Below, piece by piece: positions 53,055 through 63,122 of a stretch of 64,000 nt of DNA (position 1 is its first letter; every line of letters begins with the position of its first letter). The notes beneath the pieces were generated by a model that was not told the DNA's origin, made no database searches, and saw nothing but the letters and a program-made list of their open reading frames with translations. The translations under genes and the position numbers were made by a program. This DNA comes from Candidatus Woesearchaeota archaeon (GTDB taxonomy: Archaea > Nanobdellota > Nanobdellia > Woesearchaeales > GCA-2686295): the NCBI GenBank assembly GCA_016784125.1, contig JADHVI010000001.1, positions 78,417 to 142,416 of the forward strand, written 5' to 3'.

Positions 53055-54550
53055 CCAAACTAAATGTTGACAAGACAAAAAAGATTTTGAACGACTTTGA
53101 AAACAAAACTATTTTGGTAGTCGGCGATTTTTATTTGGATGAATATATTGAAACAACAAGCGATCAATTTAGTCCAGAAGCGCCCGTACCAAGAGCAATT
53201 GTCAAATCAAAAATTCACGTTCCAGGGGCCGCAGGCAATGTTGCTTGTGTATTAAAAGAACTGGGAGCAACTGTAAAAACCGTTGGAGTTATTGGGGCAG
53301 ATAACAACGGTGATATTCTGAAATCTGATTTGGATTCTAGGGGTATTGATACTCAAGGACTAATTTTAGATAAAGAAAGACTAACTGGTACTTTCTCTCG
53401 GATACTATTATTGTTTGGTGGTAATATTAGTCAACATGTCATAAGATTTGATCATGAAAATGATTCTCCTTTATCACAAAGTACAAGAAAACAAGTTATA
53501 TCAAATTTTAGAGAGCAAGTTAAGTCTTGTGATGCTATTTTTATGGCTGATTATGATGAAACAGGTGGAACTGGATTAATCAATGATGAATTAATGGAAG
53601 AAATTATTGATTTAGCTAAATCTAATAATGTCTTAACTGTAGGAATATCTAGGCTTAACATAAAAAAATTCAAAGATTTTGATTTGATAATCACGAATGA
53701 GAAAGAAACCGAAATTGCAACAAACATAAAAATCACAGATGATGAAACTTTGTTGAAAGCAGTTGAAAATCTTAAAACCAATCTTAAAAGCAAAGTAGTT
53801 CTGGCTTCTTTGGGAAAGAAAGGTGCAATCGTTATGGATGAATCTTTAACTTTTCAACTTCCAAGTTTTGCTAAAAAAGTGGTTGATGTTTGTGGTGCTG
53901 GTGATACTATGAGTTCAGCTTTTGCTCTTTCAAAACTATCTAATGCAACTCACAGTGAGGCTTTAGAAATTGGTAGTTTTGCAGCAAGTGTGGCTGTACA
54001 AAAAGAAGGAACTGCAACTGTTTCAAGAAGTGAATTGCTAAGTGCAATTAAAAATGAATATGAATCCATCAACAAGCTTGTGACTCCTGTACAATTAAGC
54101 TCATTAGTTAAAGGTTTTAAGAAGCAAGGGAAAAAAGTTGTTCTCACAAATGGTTACTTTGATTTTATTCATGCAGGAATAATTCAATTTTTACAAGAAG
54201 CAAAGAAACAAGGAGATATATTGATAGTTGCTTTGAATAGTGATGAATCAACAAGATCAAATAAAGGCACCGATAGACCTCTATTAAACCAGGGTGATCG
54301 AGCCAAGATTATGTCTGCTTTCAGCTTTGTTGACTATGTGGTTATTTTTGAAGAACTGACGCCTATAAAGCTCATACAAACCCTCCATCCCGATGTTCTT
54401 GTGAAAGGAGGAACTCATTCAAAAGAAGAGATTGTTGGCAAAGACTTATTTGAGGATATGAGTTCTAAAGCTCTTCCTTTGATGGGGCCTTCAACCGAAA
54501 GCATGATTGATTTTATTAAAAATAGTAAGAAATCATTACATGAAAAATGA
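53051..54550 (+). CDS. hldE: Bifunctional HldE/RfaE-like protein: heptose-7-phosphate kinase (PfkB) fused to a cytidylyltransferase-like domain with degenerate HxGH
   Basis: ATGA overlap with the upstream gene. Domain I: LVVGDFYLDEYIE...SPEAPVP...PGAAGNVA and DVCGAGDT. Domain II: VVLTNGYFDFIHAGIIQFLQEAKKQGDILIVALNSD...PDVLVKGG. The HxGH position reads HAGI (54170..54181). Confidence 0.8.
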   Translation: MTKLNVDKTKKILNDFENKTILVVGDFYLDEYIETTSDQFSPEAPVPRAIVKSKIHVPGAAGNVACVLKELGATVKTVGVIGADNNGDILKSDLDSRGIDTQGLILDKERLTGTFSRILLLFGGNISQHVIRFDHENDSPLSQSTRKQVISNFREQVKSCDAIFMADYDETGGTGLINDELMEEIIDLAKSNNVLTVGISRLNIKKFKDFDLIITNEKETEIATNIKITDDETLLKAVENLKTNLKSKVVLASLGKKGAIVMDESLTFQLPSFAKKVVDVCGAGDTMSSAFALSKLSNATHSEALEIGSFAASVAVQKEGTATVSRSELLSAIKNEYESINKLVTPVQLSSLVKGFKKQGKKVVLTNGYFDFIHAGIIQFLQEAKKQGDILIVALNSDESTRSNKGTDRPLLNQGDRAKIMSAFSFVDYVVIFEELTPIKLIQTLHPDVLVKGGTHSKEEIVGKDLFEDMSSKALPLMGPSTESMIDFIKNSKKSLHEK

Positions 54551-55458
54551 AGACTAAAGATAGACCTTTGGAAAGTCATACATCTGTTATAAGTAGTTTT
54601 ATGGATTTTGCAAATGTTCCTGAAAAAGAAAGAGAACTTCTAAAAAGAGAGTTGAAGAGATACATTGAAACACGAATTGTTAAAGGGAAATGGTGTCATC
54701 CTTTTATTACTAAGTTTCACACTGATTGGTACAGAGAATTTTATAGAATAATTGATGGCACAGATCCTTACAAGTTGATTAAGGATAATTCTAATATTCA
54801 AGCGAAACAGCTTCTTAAAAACTTTAAATCAGATAGCATAAGAGATTCTGTGATGCTCACTATTATAGGTAACAAAATAGATTTTGGAGCTTGTATGGAT
54901 AGCATATACAATTTAGAGCAACTTAAAGCAGACATTCAAAATGTTAAAAGGGAAAATTTTTCAGTTAATCAAGTTGAAGAGATGTTAAGCGAGATTAAAT
55001 CTGCGAAAAATGTTCTTTATCTCTTTGATAATAATGGAGAAATGATATTCGATACTTTGCTACTTGATTTCATCGTAAAACATGTTGATAAGAAAAATGT
55101 TTTTCTTGTGGGAAAAGATAAACCTATGTTGAATGATGTGACAGTTGCAGATTTAAAATCTGAAAAATTAGACGAATTTGGTCTCATTGTTTCAACAGGT
55201 AGTGACTGTTTTGGTTTGCATGAAGAAGATGTATCTGATGATTTCAAGAAGCTCTTGAAATCTGCTGATTTAATTATTGCTAAAGGTCAAGCTTACTTGG
55301 AATTCTTTTCAGAGTATAATTTCACAAATGTTTTTCATGTATTGCGTGTTAAACAAGAAATTGTTGGTGATGAATTGCCTACTTTGACACCAGGCATGAA
55401 TGTAGTTATGAAATCAACAAATTATGCTGGGAAAGGTGTTGATTATGTTTGGAGTTGA
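54547..55458 (+). CDS. DUF89/ARMT1-like metal-dependent sugar-phosphate phosphatase
   Basis: ATGA overlap. LYLFDNNGEMIFDTLLLDF (the D-N-x-G-E signature) and IAKGQAYLEF (KGxxNYE-like). Confidence 0.65.
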   Translation: MKTKDRPLESHTSVISSFMDFANVPEKERELLKRELKRYIETRIVKGKWCHPFITKFHTDWYREFYRIIDGTDPYKLIKDNSNIQAKQLLKNFKSDSIRDSVMLTIIGNKIDFGACMDSIYNLEQLKADIQNVKRENFSVNQVEEMLSEIKSAKNVLYLFDNNGEMIFDTLLLDFIVKHVDKKNVFLVGKDKPMLNDVTVADLKSEKLDEFGLIVSTGSDCFGLHEEDVSDDFKKLLKSADLIIAKGQAYLEFFSEYNFTNVFHVLRVKQEIVGDELPTLTPGMNVVMKSTNYAGKGVDYVWS

Positions 55459-55463
55459 TAATT

Positions 55464-55952
55464 ATGGGTGTTGAAAAAATAAAAACGAGAGAAGAAATTA
55501 AGGAACTATGTGTTAAACTTAAAGCAGTTGGTTTAACAATTGTTACAACTAATGGTAGTTATGATATTTTACATGCAGGGCATGTTAGAATGCTTGAAGA
55601 AGCTAAGAAACAAGGGGATATTCTCATAGTTGGTTTGAACAGTGATAAATCGGTTCAAGCATACAAAAACAAAGATAGGCCAATTATACCTGAGCAATAC
55701 AGAGCAGAACTTTTAGCTGCATTGGAATGTGTAGATTATGTGACTCTTTTTGATGAAACCGTTCCCATGGAATTTATCAAATCGGTTGTTCCAGATATTC
55801 ACGTCAATTATGCTGGATATGGAGGGGATTGTGTTGAGAAACCTCTTCTTGATGAAATAGGCGCAAAGCTTCATTTAGTTGGAGATTTGTGTGACTTTTC
55901 AACAACAAAAATTGTAGATAAGATAATAAAGATTTATTCTAAACAAAACTAG
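55464..55952 (+). CDS. Stand-alone cytidylyltransferase-family nucleotidyltransferase (RfaE domain II-like, intact HxGH)
   Basis: GGAG Shine-Dalgarno, ATG at 55464. TNGSYDILHAGHVRMLEEAKKQGDILIVGLNSDKS...RP. HAGH lies at 55572..55583. It shares an identical EAKKQGDILIV stretch with the fused domain of the upstream gene. Confidence 0.8.
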   Translation: MGVEKIKTREEIKELCVKLKAVGLTIVTTNGSYDILHAGHVRMLEEAKKQGDILIVGLNSDKSVQAYKNKDRPIIPEQYRAELLAALECVDYVTLFDETVPMEFIKSVVPDIHVNYAGYGGDCVEKPLLDEIGAKLHLVGDLCDFSTTKIVDKIIKIYSKQN

Positions 55953-55956
55953 TTGA

Positions 55957-57057
55957 TTAAGAAAGTTTATTAATTGTTTTTTTCACTTCTTTTACACTGA
56001 TTAGTTTCATACATTTCTGGAATTCTTTATTGATGCAAATTGGCATGATACCTTTTTCATTGATAATACACGGGCTACATGAAATCTTGTGATAAATTGA
56101 CACGTTTCCTTTGCCGAAAGGACCCCATCTCACAGGAGTATTTGGTCCGAATAATCCAATTGTCTTACATCCCTGTGCTGCAGCCACATGCATTGGTCCT
56201 GTATCATTGCTAATGAAAATATTGCACTTTTCAATCAAATCAAATGATTCTGTCAAACTAATTTTCCCTGCAGAGTTTATAGACTTTGTATTCATTAGAC
56301 TTCGAACTTCTTCGATAAGTTTACTCTCTGCTGGCGAACCTGTAAATATGACCACATAATTTTTATTTGTTAAGTAGTCTGCCAATTCTGCAAATCTTTC
56401 CTTTGGCCACATTCTTTCTCTGACGGATTCTGCAGCACCAGTGCATATGCCTGCAAGTTTATCGTTCTTTTTCACACCATTTTTTCTTAAGAATATATCT
56501 ACTTGTTCTTTCTCTTTTTTATTAACTTTTAGCTTTTCTAGTTTACTAATTGTTTTTTCAATTCCTACTTGTCTTCCCAAATCCATATACATTTCAACCA
56601 TGTGTTTGCTCTTTGAAAATAGGCTGGTTTTATTATACAGAATTGATCTTGCTTGGTTTGAAAATCCAATCCTAAATTTACCTATCCACCAAGACAGTAG
56701 TGCTGATGAATTAAGATAAGGTTCTAGATCAAACACTAAGTCAAATTTTCTAAGAAATTTAAACAAATTTTCTTCTTCAAATAAAATTATTTCATCAATA
56801 AAGCTCTGATGTTCATATACTGTGAAATTTCGTTTATGAGCAATAACTGTTATATTAGATTTTGGATATTTTTCCTTTATGGCTTTAATCAAAGGAAGTG
56901 ATGTTACGGAGTCTCCTATAGCCCAAAGTTTCACAAATGCAATGCTTTTAACATCAAATTTATCTTTGGAAAACAGTTTGGATAACCCACCAATTATCCA
57001 GCTTACGGGGCCTATAATATATTTGTCCGTTGTTCTAAGAACTTTGATCGAGCTCAT
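55957..57057 (-). CDS. GT9-family glycosyltransferase (heptosyltransferase-like) 1
   Basis: LWAIGDSVTSLPLIKAIKEKYP, NDTGPMHVAAAQGCKTIGLFGPNTPVRWGP. Confidence 0.8.
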   Translation of the reverse strand: MSSIKVLRTTDKYIIGPVSWIIGGLSKLFSKDKFDVKSIAFVKLWAIGDSVTSLPLIKAIKEKYPKSNITVIAHKRNFTVYEHQSFIDEIILFEEENLFKFLRKFDLVFDLEPYLNSSALLSWWIGKFRIGFSNQARSILYNKTSLFSKSKHMVEMYMDLGRQVGIEKTISKLEKLKVNKKEKEQVDIFLRKNGVKKNDKLAGICTGAAESVRERMWPKERFAELADYLTNKNYVVIFTGSPAESKLIEEVRSLMNTKSINSAGKISLTESFDLIEKCNIFISNDTGPMHVAAAQGCKTIGLFGPNTPVRWGPFGKGNVSIYHKISCSPCIINEKGIMPICINKEFQKCMKLISVKEVKKTINKLS

Positions 57058-57389
57058 TTCTTTTTCTTCTCTTTCTCTATGGCCACTGTTCTCACAAGTT
57101 TTGTTATGTTTTGATCTAGTTTTTCGAACTTTACATACATTCTAAAGATTAAGTAGAACACCAAAACTATGCTAACATAAACTGCGATATCTATTGGTCT
57201 GCCAATTCCAACTTTGTTAGATAACCATCCTGTAAATGCCGGCAAAACAGCAACTATTACAACTGCAGCCCATATTATTGTCCAGAAAGTGAATTCTCTA
57301 AGTCTCATCTGTTTGTCTTTAAATCTGAGAAGTACTCTGCTATATGCAAAGATAACAAATAATATGACTAATACTTGAATTATTTCCAT
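57054..57389 (-). CDS. DUF2304-like small membrane protein
   Basis: 111 aa with 3-4 TM helices and a GRPIDIAVY motif, plus a charged tail. 4-nt overlap with the downstream GT9 gene. Confidence 0.55.
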   Translation of the reverse strand: MEIIQVLVILFVIFAYSRVLLRFKDKQMRLREFTFWTIIWAAVVIVAVLPAFTGWLSNKVGIGRPIDIAVYVSIVLVFYLIFRMYVKFEKLDQNITKLVRTVAIEKEKKKK

Positions 57390-57495
57390 TTTAGTTTTAT
57401 GAATATATTGGTTTTTTTAAACTTTTTCTAAATATGGGTTTTGTCGCCAATCAAAAAGTATATAAATCAATCATAACATCTTTCTTAATGGGGGT

Positions 57496-60348
57496 ATGAT
57501 GACAAAGAAGAAAAAAGATGATGATCTTTCTATAAACTTTTCAGGCATAGGTTCAAAACTTAAAAAGTTTGAATTTCCTAAGAATCAAGCTTGGATTATA
57601 ATACTCTTAATAGCCATAGCCATTTTCTTTTCAATTTATTACAGATCTTACTCTTACTATCTTCCAGTAACTGATGACTGGGCTTATAACAACATCTATA
57701 ATAATGTTCGAAGTCAAGTTGCTAGCAATATCAATCTTCAATATCCTAATCTTCCTACTGATAGCAAGAACCAAATGATCAATGAGGAAGTTAGCAAATT
57801 TTTACAGCAACAAGGTCCATCTTTGCAAGCACAAATTGAAGGTCTTTCAAAAGATATGAAGACAAGATTCCAAAATGATGAGGGTCAAACATATTTATTG
57901 GCTATTGATCCCTATTTCTATTATAGATACTCCAGAAATATTATTGAGAAAGGTCATTATGGTGATTCAGTAGATGAAAATGGTCATTTTGATTCACATG
58001 TATTGGGGCCTGGTGGAAAATATGTTCCAGATACTTTTCATTCATATTTTGGAGCTTTCTTTCATCGCTTTGTAAACATATTTGCTAATAATAGTTTGAT
58101 GACAAACTTCTTTTTTATACCGGTATTCTTATCTGCACTCGCAGTTATTCCTGCATTCTTCATCGCAAGAAAGAAAGTTGGTTTATTTGGAGGATTCATT
58201 GCAGGTATGATTGTTGCAATCCATCCTGCTTTCATTGGAAGAACTGCTGGAGGATTCGCTGATACAGATCCCTACAATGTATTATTCCCGCTTTTTATAG
58301 CTTGGCTGTTTATAGAGGCGTTTGAATCAGATAGTTGGAAAAAACAATTGGGTTTATTGGCTGGTGCGGGTTTCTTAACAGGGCTTTACAGTTTTGCTTG
58401 GAGTGGCTGGTGGTACATATTTGACTTTCTATTATTAGCCATAATTATATTCTTAGTTTATTTAGTTGTAAAATCATTAGTTCAATACAAAGGGTTTAAG
58501 AAAATCTGGAATAAAGATTTCAAAAACGCTTTGACAATGTTAGTGTTGTTCATAGTATTATCAGGTATATTTGTCTCTTTGTTTTCAGGTGCCTCACAGT
58601 TTCAGAACTTCATTGATGGTCCTTTAAAATTTAAAGTTATAAAACAAGCAGCCAAGCCAGATCTTTGGCCAAATGTTTACACTACTGTTGCAGAACTTAA
58701 CGCTGCATCCATTAATTCCATCATAAAACAGATTGGTGGTAAATTGTTCTTCTTTATTGCCTGTATTGGAGTCATACTTACACTTTTCAAGAAGAAGAAT
58801 GTTTCGAAATTGGACTTTGTAACTTTAGGTATAGCCGTTATAGTATTCGCTTTGCTAGTTTCAAAGGAAGCCATAAAATTATCTCCTGTAAAGTACTTAG
58901 CAATATTTGCGATCCCAGTTATTGTAGGACTTATTATTTTGCTTAAAGACAAAAGAAATACTGACGTAAAATATGCCTTGTTCCTAACTATTTGGTTTGC
59001 GGGAACCATCTATGCTAGTACTCAAGGAACAAGGTTCGTTTTACTAATGGTGCCTGCCTATGCCATTGCATTAGGAATTGCTTTTGGCACAGTTCAATCG
59101 TGGCTTACAAACTGGACTGCTAAAGAATTCAAATTTAACAGGAAAATTATGGGTGCTGTGCTCATTGTTCTGTTGCTTTTATTACTAATTGGGCCAATGA
59201 AATCAGCTCATAATACTGCTAAAAGCGAGATTCCAAGTATGACTGACGGTTGGTGGAACACACTAACAAATATACAAAAGAACTCTGCTGAGAATGCTAT
59301 TATAACATCTTGGTGGGATTTTGGCCATTGGTTCAAAGCAGTTGCAGATAGAGCTGTAACTTTTGATGGTGGTAGTCAGAACAGACCTCAAGCTCATTGG
59401 GTTGGAAAACTATTGATGTCAAATAATGAAGATGAGTCTATAGCTATCTTACGTATGCTTGACTGTGGTGCGAACAATGCCTTTGATGAAGTAAACCTAA
59501 AATATGATGACACTGAAACATCAGTCGATGTTATTTATGAAATTATAATGAAAAATGATGTTGAAGCTAAAGCATATTTATTAGAAAAAGGTTTTACAGA
59601 AGAGGAATCTGTAACAGTTATTAAGTATACTCATTGTTCTCCTCCAGAAGCATTCTTAATTACTTCAGAAGATATGGTTGGAAAGGCGGGTGTTTGGTCT
59701 CACTTTGGAAGTTGGAATTTTGACAGATCATTCATATATAATAATGTTCGAAAGCAAGAATATCAAGAGTCTATAGATATTCTAACAACCAGATTTGGTT
59801 TTACAGAAGAAAAAGCGGCTGATTATTTTTATGAAGTTCAAGCTATTACATCTAATCAGGAAGCGAATAATTGGATTGCTCCTTGGCCTAATTATGGCAC
59901 TCCAAGTATAAGAGGTTGCAAGAACGAATCTGATATTGTAACTTGTAATATGAATATTGGAATTGGCGAAAGCAATCAAGGTCAATCAGTGAGTATAGCT
60001 GCTGGTGTGTTTAACCTTTCAGATCCTTCAAATTCCAGATTTGTATTGGCTTTCATAGACAGAAATTCTGGTTTAGTTGCTGCAACTCAAGAAGCAAAAC
60101 CTGCTAATGTAGTTATATTTGATGAAGAAGGAGAGCACACATATATTTTGGGCGGAGATATATTCTTAGATCTCGTCTATGAGAAAGAAATGAATAAAGC
60201 TTTAATTACACATCCCTCTCTATCAAAATCATTGTTTACAAAGTTGTTCTTCTTTGAAGGCAGACACACATCACATTTTGAGAAATTCAGTGATATGAAC
60301 TCAATGACTGGTGGAAGAATTCTCGTGTGGAAAGTTCTTTGGGATTAA
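57496..60348 (+). CDS. aglB: Archaeal oligosaccharyltransferase AglB (STT3 homolog)
   Basis: 950 aa with about 13 N-terminal TM helices and the WWDYG-type motif TSWWDFGHWF, followed by a large C-terminal soluble domain. Confidence 0.9.
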   Translation: MMTKKKKDDDLSINFSGIGSKLKKFEFPKNQAWIIILLIAIAIFFSIYYRSYSYYLPVTDDWAYNNIYNNVRSQVASNINLQYPNLPTDSKNQMINEEVSKFLQQQGPSLQAQIEGLSKDMKTRFQNDEGQTYLLAIDPYFYYRYSRNIIEKGHYGDSVDENGHFDSHVLGPGGKYVPDTFHSYFGAFFHRFVNIFANNSLMTNFFFIPVFLSALAVIPAFFIARKKVGLFGGFIAGMIVAIHPAFIGRTAGGFADTDPYNVLFPLFIAWLFIEAFESDSWKKQLGLLAGAGFLTGLYSFAWSGWWYIFDFLLLAIIIFLVYLVVKSLVQYKGFKKIWNKDFKNALTMLVLFIVLSGIFVSLFSGASQFQNFIDGPLKFKVIKQAAKPDLWPNVYTTVAELNAASINSIIKQIGGKLFFFIACIGVILTLFKKKNVSKLDFVTLGIAVIVFALLVSKEAIKLSPVKYLAIFAIPVIVGLIILLKDKRNTDVKYALFLTIWFAGTIYASTQGTRFVLLMVPAYAIALGIAFGTVQSWLTNWTAKEFKFNRKIMGAVLIVLLLLLLIGPMKSAHNTAKSEIPSMTDGWWNTLTNIQKNSAENAIITSWWDFGHWFKAVADRAVTFDGGSQNRPQAHWVGKLLMSNNEDESIAILRMLDCGANNAFDEVNLKYDDTETSVDVIYEIIMKNDVEAKAYLLEKGFTEEESVTVIKYTHCSPPEAFLITSEDMVGKAGVWSHFGSWNFDRSFIYNNVRKQEYQESIDILTTRFGFTEEKAADYFYEVQAITSNQEANNWIAPWPNYGTPSIRGCKNESDIVTCNMNIGIGESNQGQSVSIAAGVFNLSDPSNSRFVLAFIDRNSGLVAATQEAKPANVVIFDEEGEHTYILGGDIFLDLVYEKEMNKALITHPSLSKSLFTKLFFFEGRHTSHFEKFSDMNSMTGGRILVWKVLWD

Positions 60349-60391
60349 TCTTAGGAAATCTTTATAAACGTTTTTCTGTTGATAACTTTTT

Positions 60392-61099
60392 ATGTGGCAA
60401 TGGTTTTTATCAAAAGTTGACAGAGCTCACGCAAAAAGGAGATCTTCTAGTAATAAAGATATAATTTGTGACTCAGTTCCTAATGGGAATTTCTCTACGA
60501 TTGTTGATTTGGGAGGGTCAGATGGCAAACTAATTTTAAGAGTTGCGTCCAAGGTTAATGGCAAAGAATTATTTGTTTTAGATCATAACCCTAATTATTT
60601 GGCTAAATGCCCTAAGAATATTAAAGCCATAAAAATAGATTTAAATGAAAAGCTTCCTTTGAAAACAAATCAATTCGATTTAGTTATATCAAGTCAAGTA
60701 ATTGAGCATTTACAAGATCCTGATGGTTTTGTAAAAGAGATTCACAGAATATTAAAACCAAACGGATTGTTGATACTAACAACTCCAAATCTTGCTTCGA
60801 TTCATGCAAGATTGTTGCTTTTATTTGGTTCAACTCCTTCCTGTCTTCATCCTTCTCAACTGCGTATGGGTGTTTATTCTAAGAAAAAATATACTCCTTA
60901 TCTCATAGACCAATATGGTCATAAATCAGTGTTTACTGTTAAAGGTCTTAAGAAGCTTTTTACACATTATGATTTTAATGTAGCAACGTCTCGTTCTTAC
61001 AACTTATTTTTAATGCCTGAGTTTATTTCAAAAATAATTTGCGCAATTTTTCATTTTGGTAACTCTCAGGTTATTATAGCGAAGAAGAATAGACGCTAA
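60392..61099 (+). CDS. SAM-dependent methyltransferase (type 11)
   Basis: IVDLGGSDGKL, FDLVISSQVIEHLQDPDGFVKEIHRILKPNGLLILTTPN. Confidence 0.7.
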   Translation: MWQWFLSKVDRAHAKRRSSSNKDIICDSVPNGNFSTIVDLGGSDGKLILRVASKVNGKELFVLDHNPNYLAKCPKNIKAIKIDLNEKLPLKTNQFDLVISSQVIEHLQDPDGFVKEIHRILKPNGLLILTTPNLASIHARLLLLFGSTPSCLHPSQLRMGVYSKKKYTPYLIDQYGHKSVFTVKGLKKLFTHYDFNVATSRSYNLFLMPEFISKIICAIFHFGNSQVIIAKKNRR

Positions 61100-61152
61100 T
61101 TTTTCTTAAAAACCAAAGATATAAATATCTTCCTTCACATCCTCACTTTGAA

Positions 61153-62082
61153 ATGTCAGTTGATATATCCATAGTAATTCCAGTTTACAATGAAGAAAGG
61201 AATATAACGCCCCTTTACAATAAAATAGTTTCTGCCTTAAAACCTTTGAAAAAAACTTTCGAACTAATGTTTGTTGATGATGGGAGCGTGGATCATACTT
61301 TTGGAGTCATTCAATCACTTCATAAGAAAGATTCTAGAATTAGAGTTATTAGATTTCAAAGAAACTTCGGGAAGTCATCTGCCTACATGGCTAGTTTTAA
61401 GGAATGCAAAGGAAGAACAATTATAACTATGGATGGTGATTTACAAGATGACCCTGCAGAAATTCCTCGAATGATGGATGCTCTAAAGAGATTAGATTTG
61501 GTTATTGGTTGGAAGTTTCCAAGAAGAGATTCTATTAGTAGAACAATTCCGTCGAAGATATTTAATTGTTTAAACTACAAGTTCTTTGGTCTTAAACTCC
61601 ATGACTATGATTGTGGTTACAGAGCTATGAAATCAGAAGTTGTCCAAGATTTGAATCTGTATGGTGATCTTTATCGTTATATCCCTGCATTAGTTTCTCG
61701 TGCAGGCTTCAAAGTTGGTGAAATAAAGGTTAGACATCATCCGAGAAAATTTGGGAAAAGTAAGTATGGTTCTAAAAGATTGTTAACAGGCGCATTGGAT
61801 TTATTAACTGTTAAATTTATAACTGACTTTAATCAGAGACCGCTTCATTTATTTGGCGTTGCAGGTACAATCTTCTTCATATTAGGGGTTATTGCAGATT
61901 TATTTGTTTTATCTTACAAAATATTTTTTGGACACTCATTTACATCTCACGTTGCGCTTTTGATACTTGGAGTTCTATTAATAATTCTTGGAATCCAGTT
62001 TCTAGGTATTGGTTTGATTGGTGAATTAGTTAGTTCTTCAAAAAAGGATATTAACAGATATACTATTAGAGAACAATTATGA
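61153..62082 (+). CDS. GT2 polyprenol-phosphate glycosyltransferase (DPM1/GtrB/ArnC-like) with two C-terminal TM helices
   Basis: ISIVIPVYNEE, MFVDDGSVDHT, TMDGDLQDDP, then C-terminal hydrophobic helices. Confidence 0.85.
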   Translation: MSVDISIVIPVYNEERNITPLYNKIVSALKPLKKTFELMFVDDGSVDHTFGVIQSLHKKDSRIRVIRFQRNFGKSSAYMASFKECKGRTIITMDGDLQDDPAEIPRMMDALKRLDLVIGWKFPRRDSISRTIPSKIFNCLNYKFFGLKLHDYDCGYRAMKSEVVQDLNLYGDLYRYIPALVSRAGFKVGEIKVRHHPRKFGKSKYGSKRLLTGALDLLTVKFITDFNQRPLHLFGVAGTIFFILGVIADLFVLSYKIFFGHSFTSHVALLILGVLLIILGIQFLGIGLIGELVSSSKKDINRYTIREQL

Positions 62083-62126
62083 TTCTACAGTAAAGTATTT
62101 AATTACATAACTATTTCTCGAGTTTA

Positions 62127-63086
62127 ATGATACTGGTTACTGGTGGAGCAGGATTTATAGGGAGTCATGTTTGTGATAGACTTTTGGCTCAAGGTAAAAA
62201 AGTAATATGTGTTGATAATCTAAACACTTATTATGATCCTAAAACTAAAAAAAAGAATCTTTCTTACAGTTTGAAAAACAAGAATTTTAAGTTCTACAAA
62301 TTAGACATTACTCATTACAATCAATTAACTAAGATATTTGCTAAGCATAAAATTACTGCCATAATCCATTTGGCAGCTAGAGCTGGCGTGAGACCTTCCA
62401 TAAGTAATCCACACATATACGAATCAGTCAATATTAAAGGAACTCTTAATCTACTGGATTTAGCAAAGAAATTTGGAGTCAAGAAATTTATATTTGGTTC
62501 TTCCTCAAGTATTTATGGTGCTAACAAGAAAGTTCCATTTTCAGAAACAGATTCTGTAAACAACCAGATTAGTCCATATGCTGTCACAAAAAGAGCTGGT
62601 GAGCTTTTTTGTAAAACTTATCATGAGTTGTATGGAATAAACATAACTGCTTTAAGATTCTTCACAGTCTATGGTCCAAGAGGCAGACCAGAGATGGCTC
62701 CTTACAGGTTTGTAGATAAGATTCACAGAGGTTTACCAATTGATATGTACGGAGATGGATCTTCTGCAAGAGACTATACTTATGTATCAGATATTGTTGA
62801 TGGAATAATTGTGGCTCTGAAAAAAGATTTCAAATTTGAGATAATCAATCTTGGTGATTCAAGAATTATCAAACTAAAATCATTCATTGAATTAATAGAA
62901 CGAATAGTTGGTAAACAGGCCAAAATTATTCATAAAGATATGCCTGATGGAGATGTACCAATTACTTATGCAGATATAAGTAAAGCCAAAAAATTATTAG
63001 GTTACAAACCCCAAGTCAATATTGAAGATGGTATGAGAAAATTCTATGATTGGTACAAGCGTTTTGGTGTGGGAAAATCATTATAA
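62127..63086 (+). CDS. NAD-dependent epimerase, UDP-glucuronate 4-epimerase-like
   Basis: MILVTGGAGFIGSHVCD, NLNTYYDPKTKKKNL, SSSSIYG, YAVTKRAGE, FFTVYGPRGRPEMA. Confidence 0.75.
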   Translation: MILVTGGAGFIGSHVCDRLLAQGKKVICVDNLNTYYDPKTKKKNLSYSLKNKNFKFYKLDITHYNQLTKIFAKHKITAIIHLAARAGVRPSISNPHIYESVNIKGTLNLLDLAKKFGVKKFIFGSSSSIYGANKKVPFSETDSVNNQISPYAVTKRAGELFCKTYHELYGINITALRFFTVYGPRGRPEMAPYRFVDKIHRGLPIDMYGDGSSARDYTYVSDIVDGIIVALKKDFKFEIINLGDSRIIKLKSFIELIERIVGKQAKIIHKDMPDGDVPITYADISKAKKLLGYKPQVNIEDGMRKFYDWYKRFGVGKSL

Positions 63087-63122
63087 GAAATCTTTAAATA
63101 AGATGTTGTTCTAACTATTAAC

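Noticed and set aside
53051-54550. Interpreting the HldE-like gene as a generic ribokinase plus unrelated domain
   Set aside because: The N-terminal LVVGDFYLDEY...SPEAPVP...GAAGNVA block is specific to RfaE domain I rather than generic PfkB kinases. In addition, GT9 genes lie nearby.
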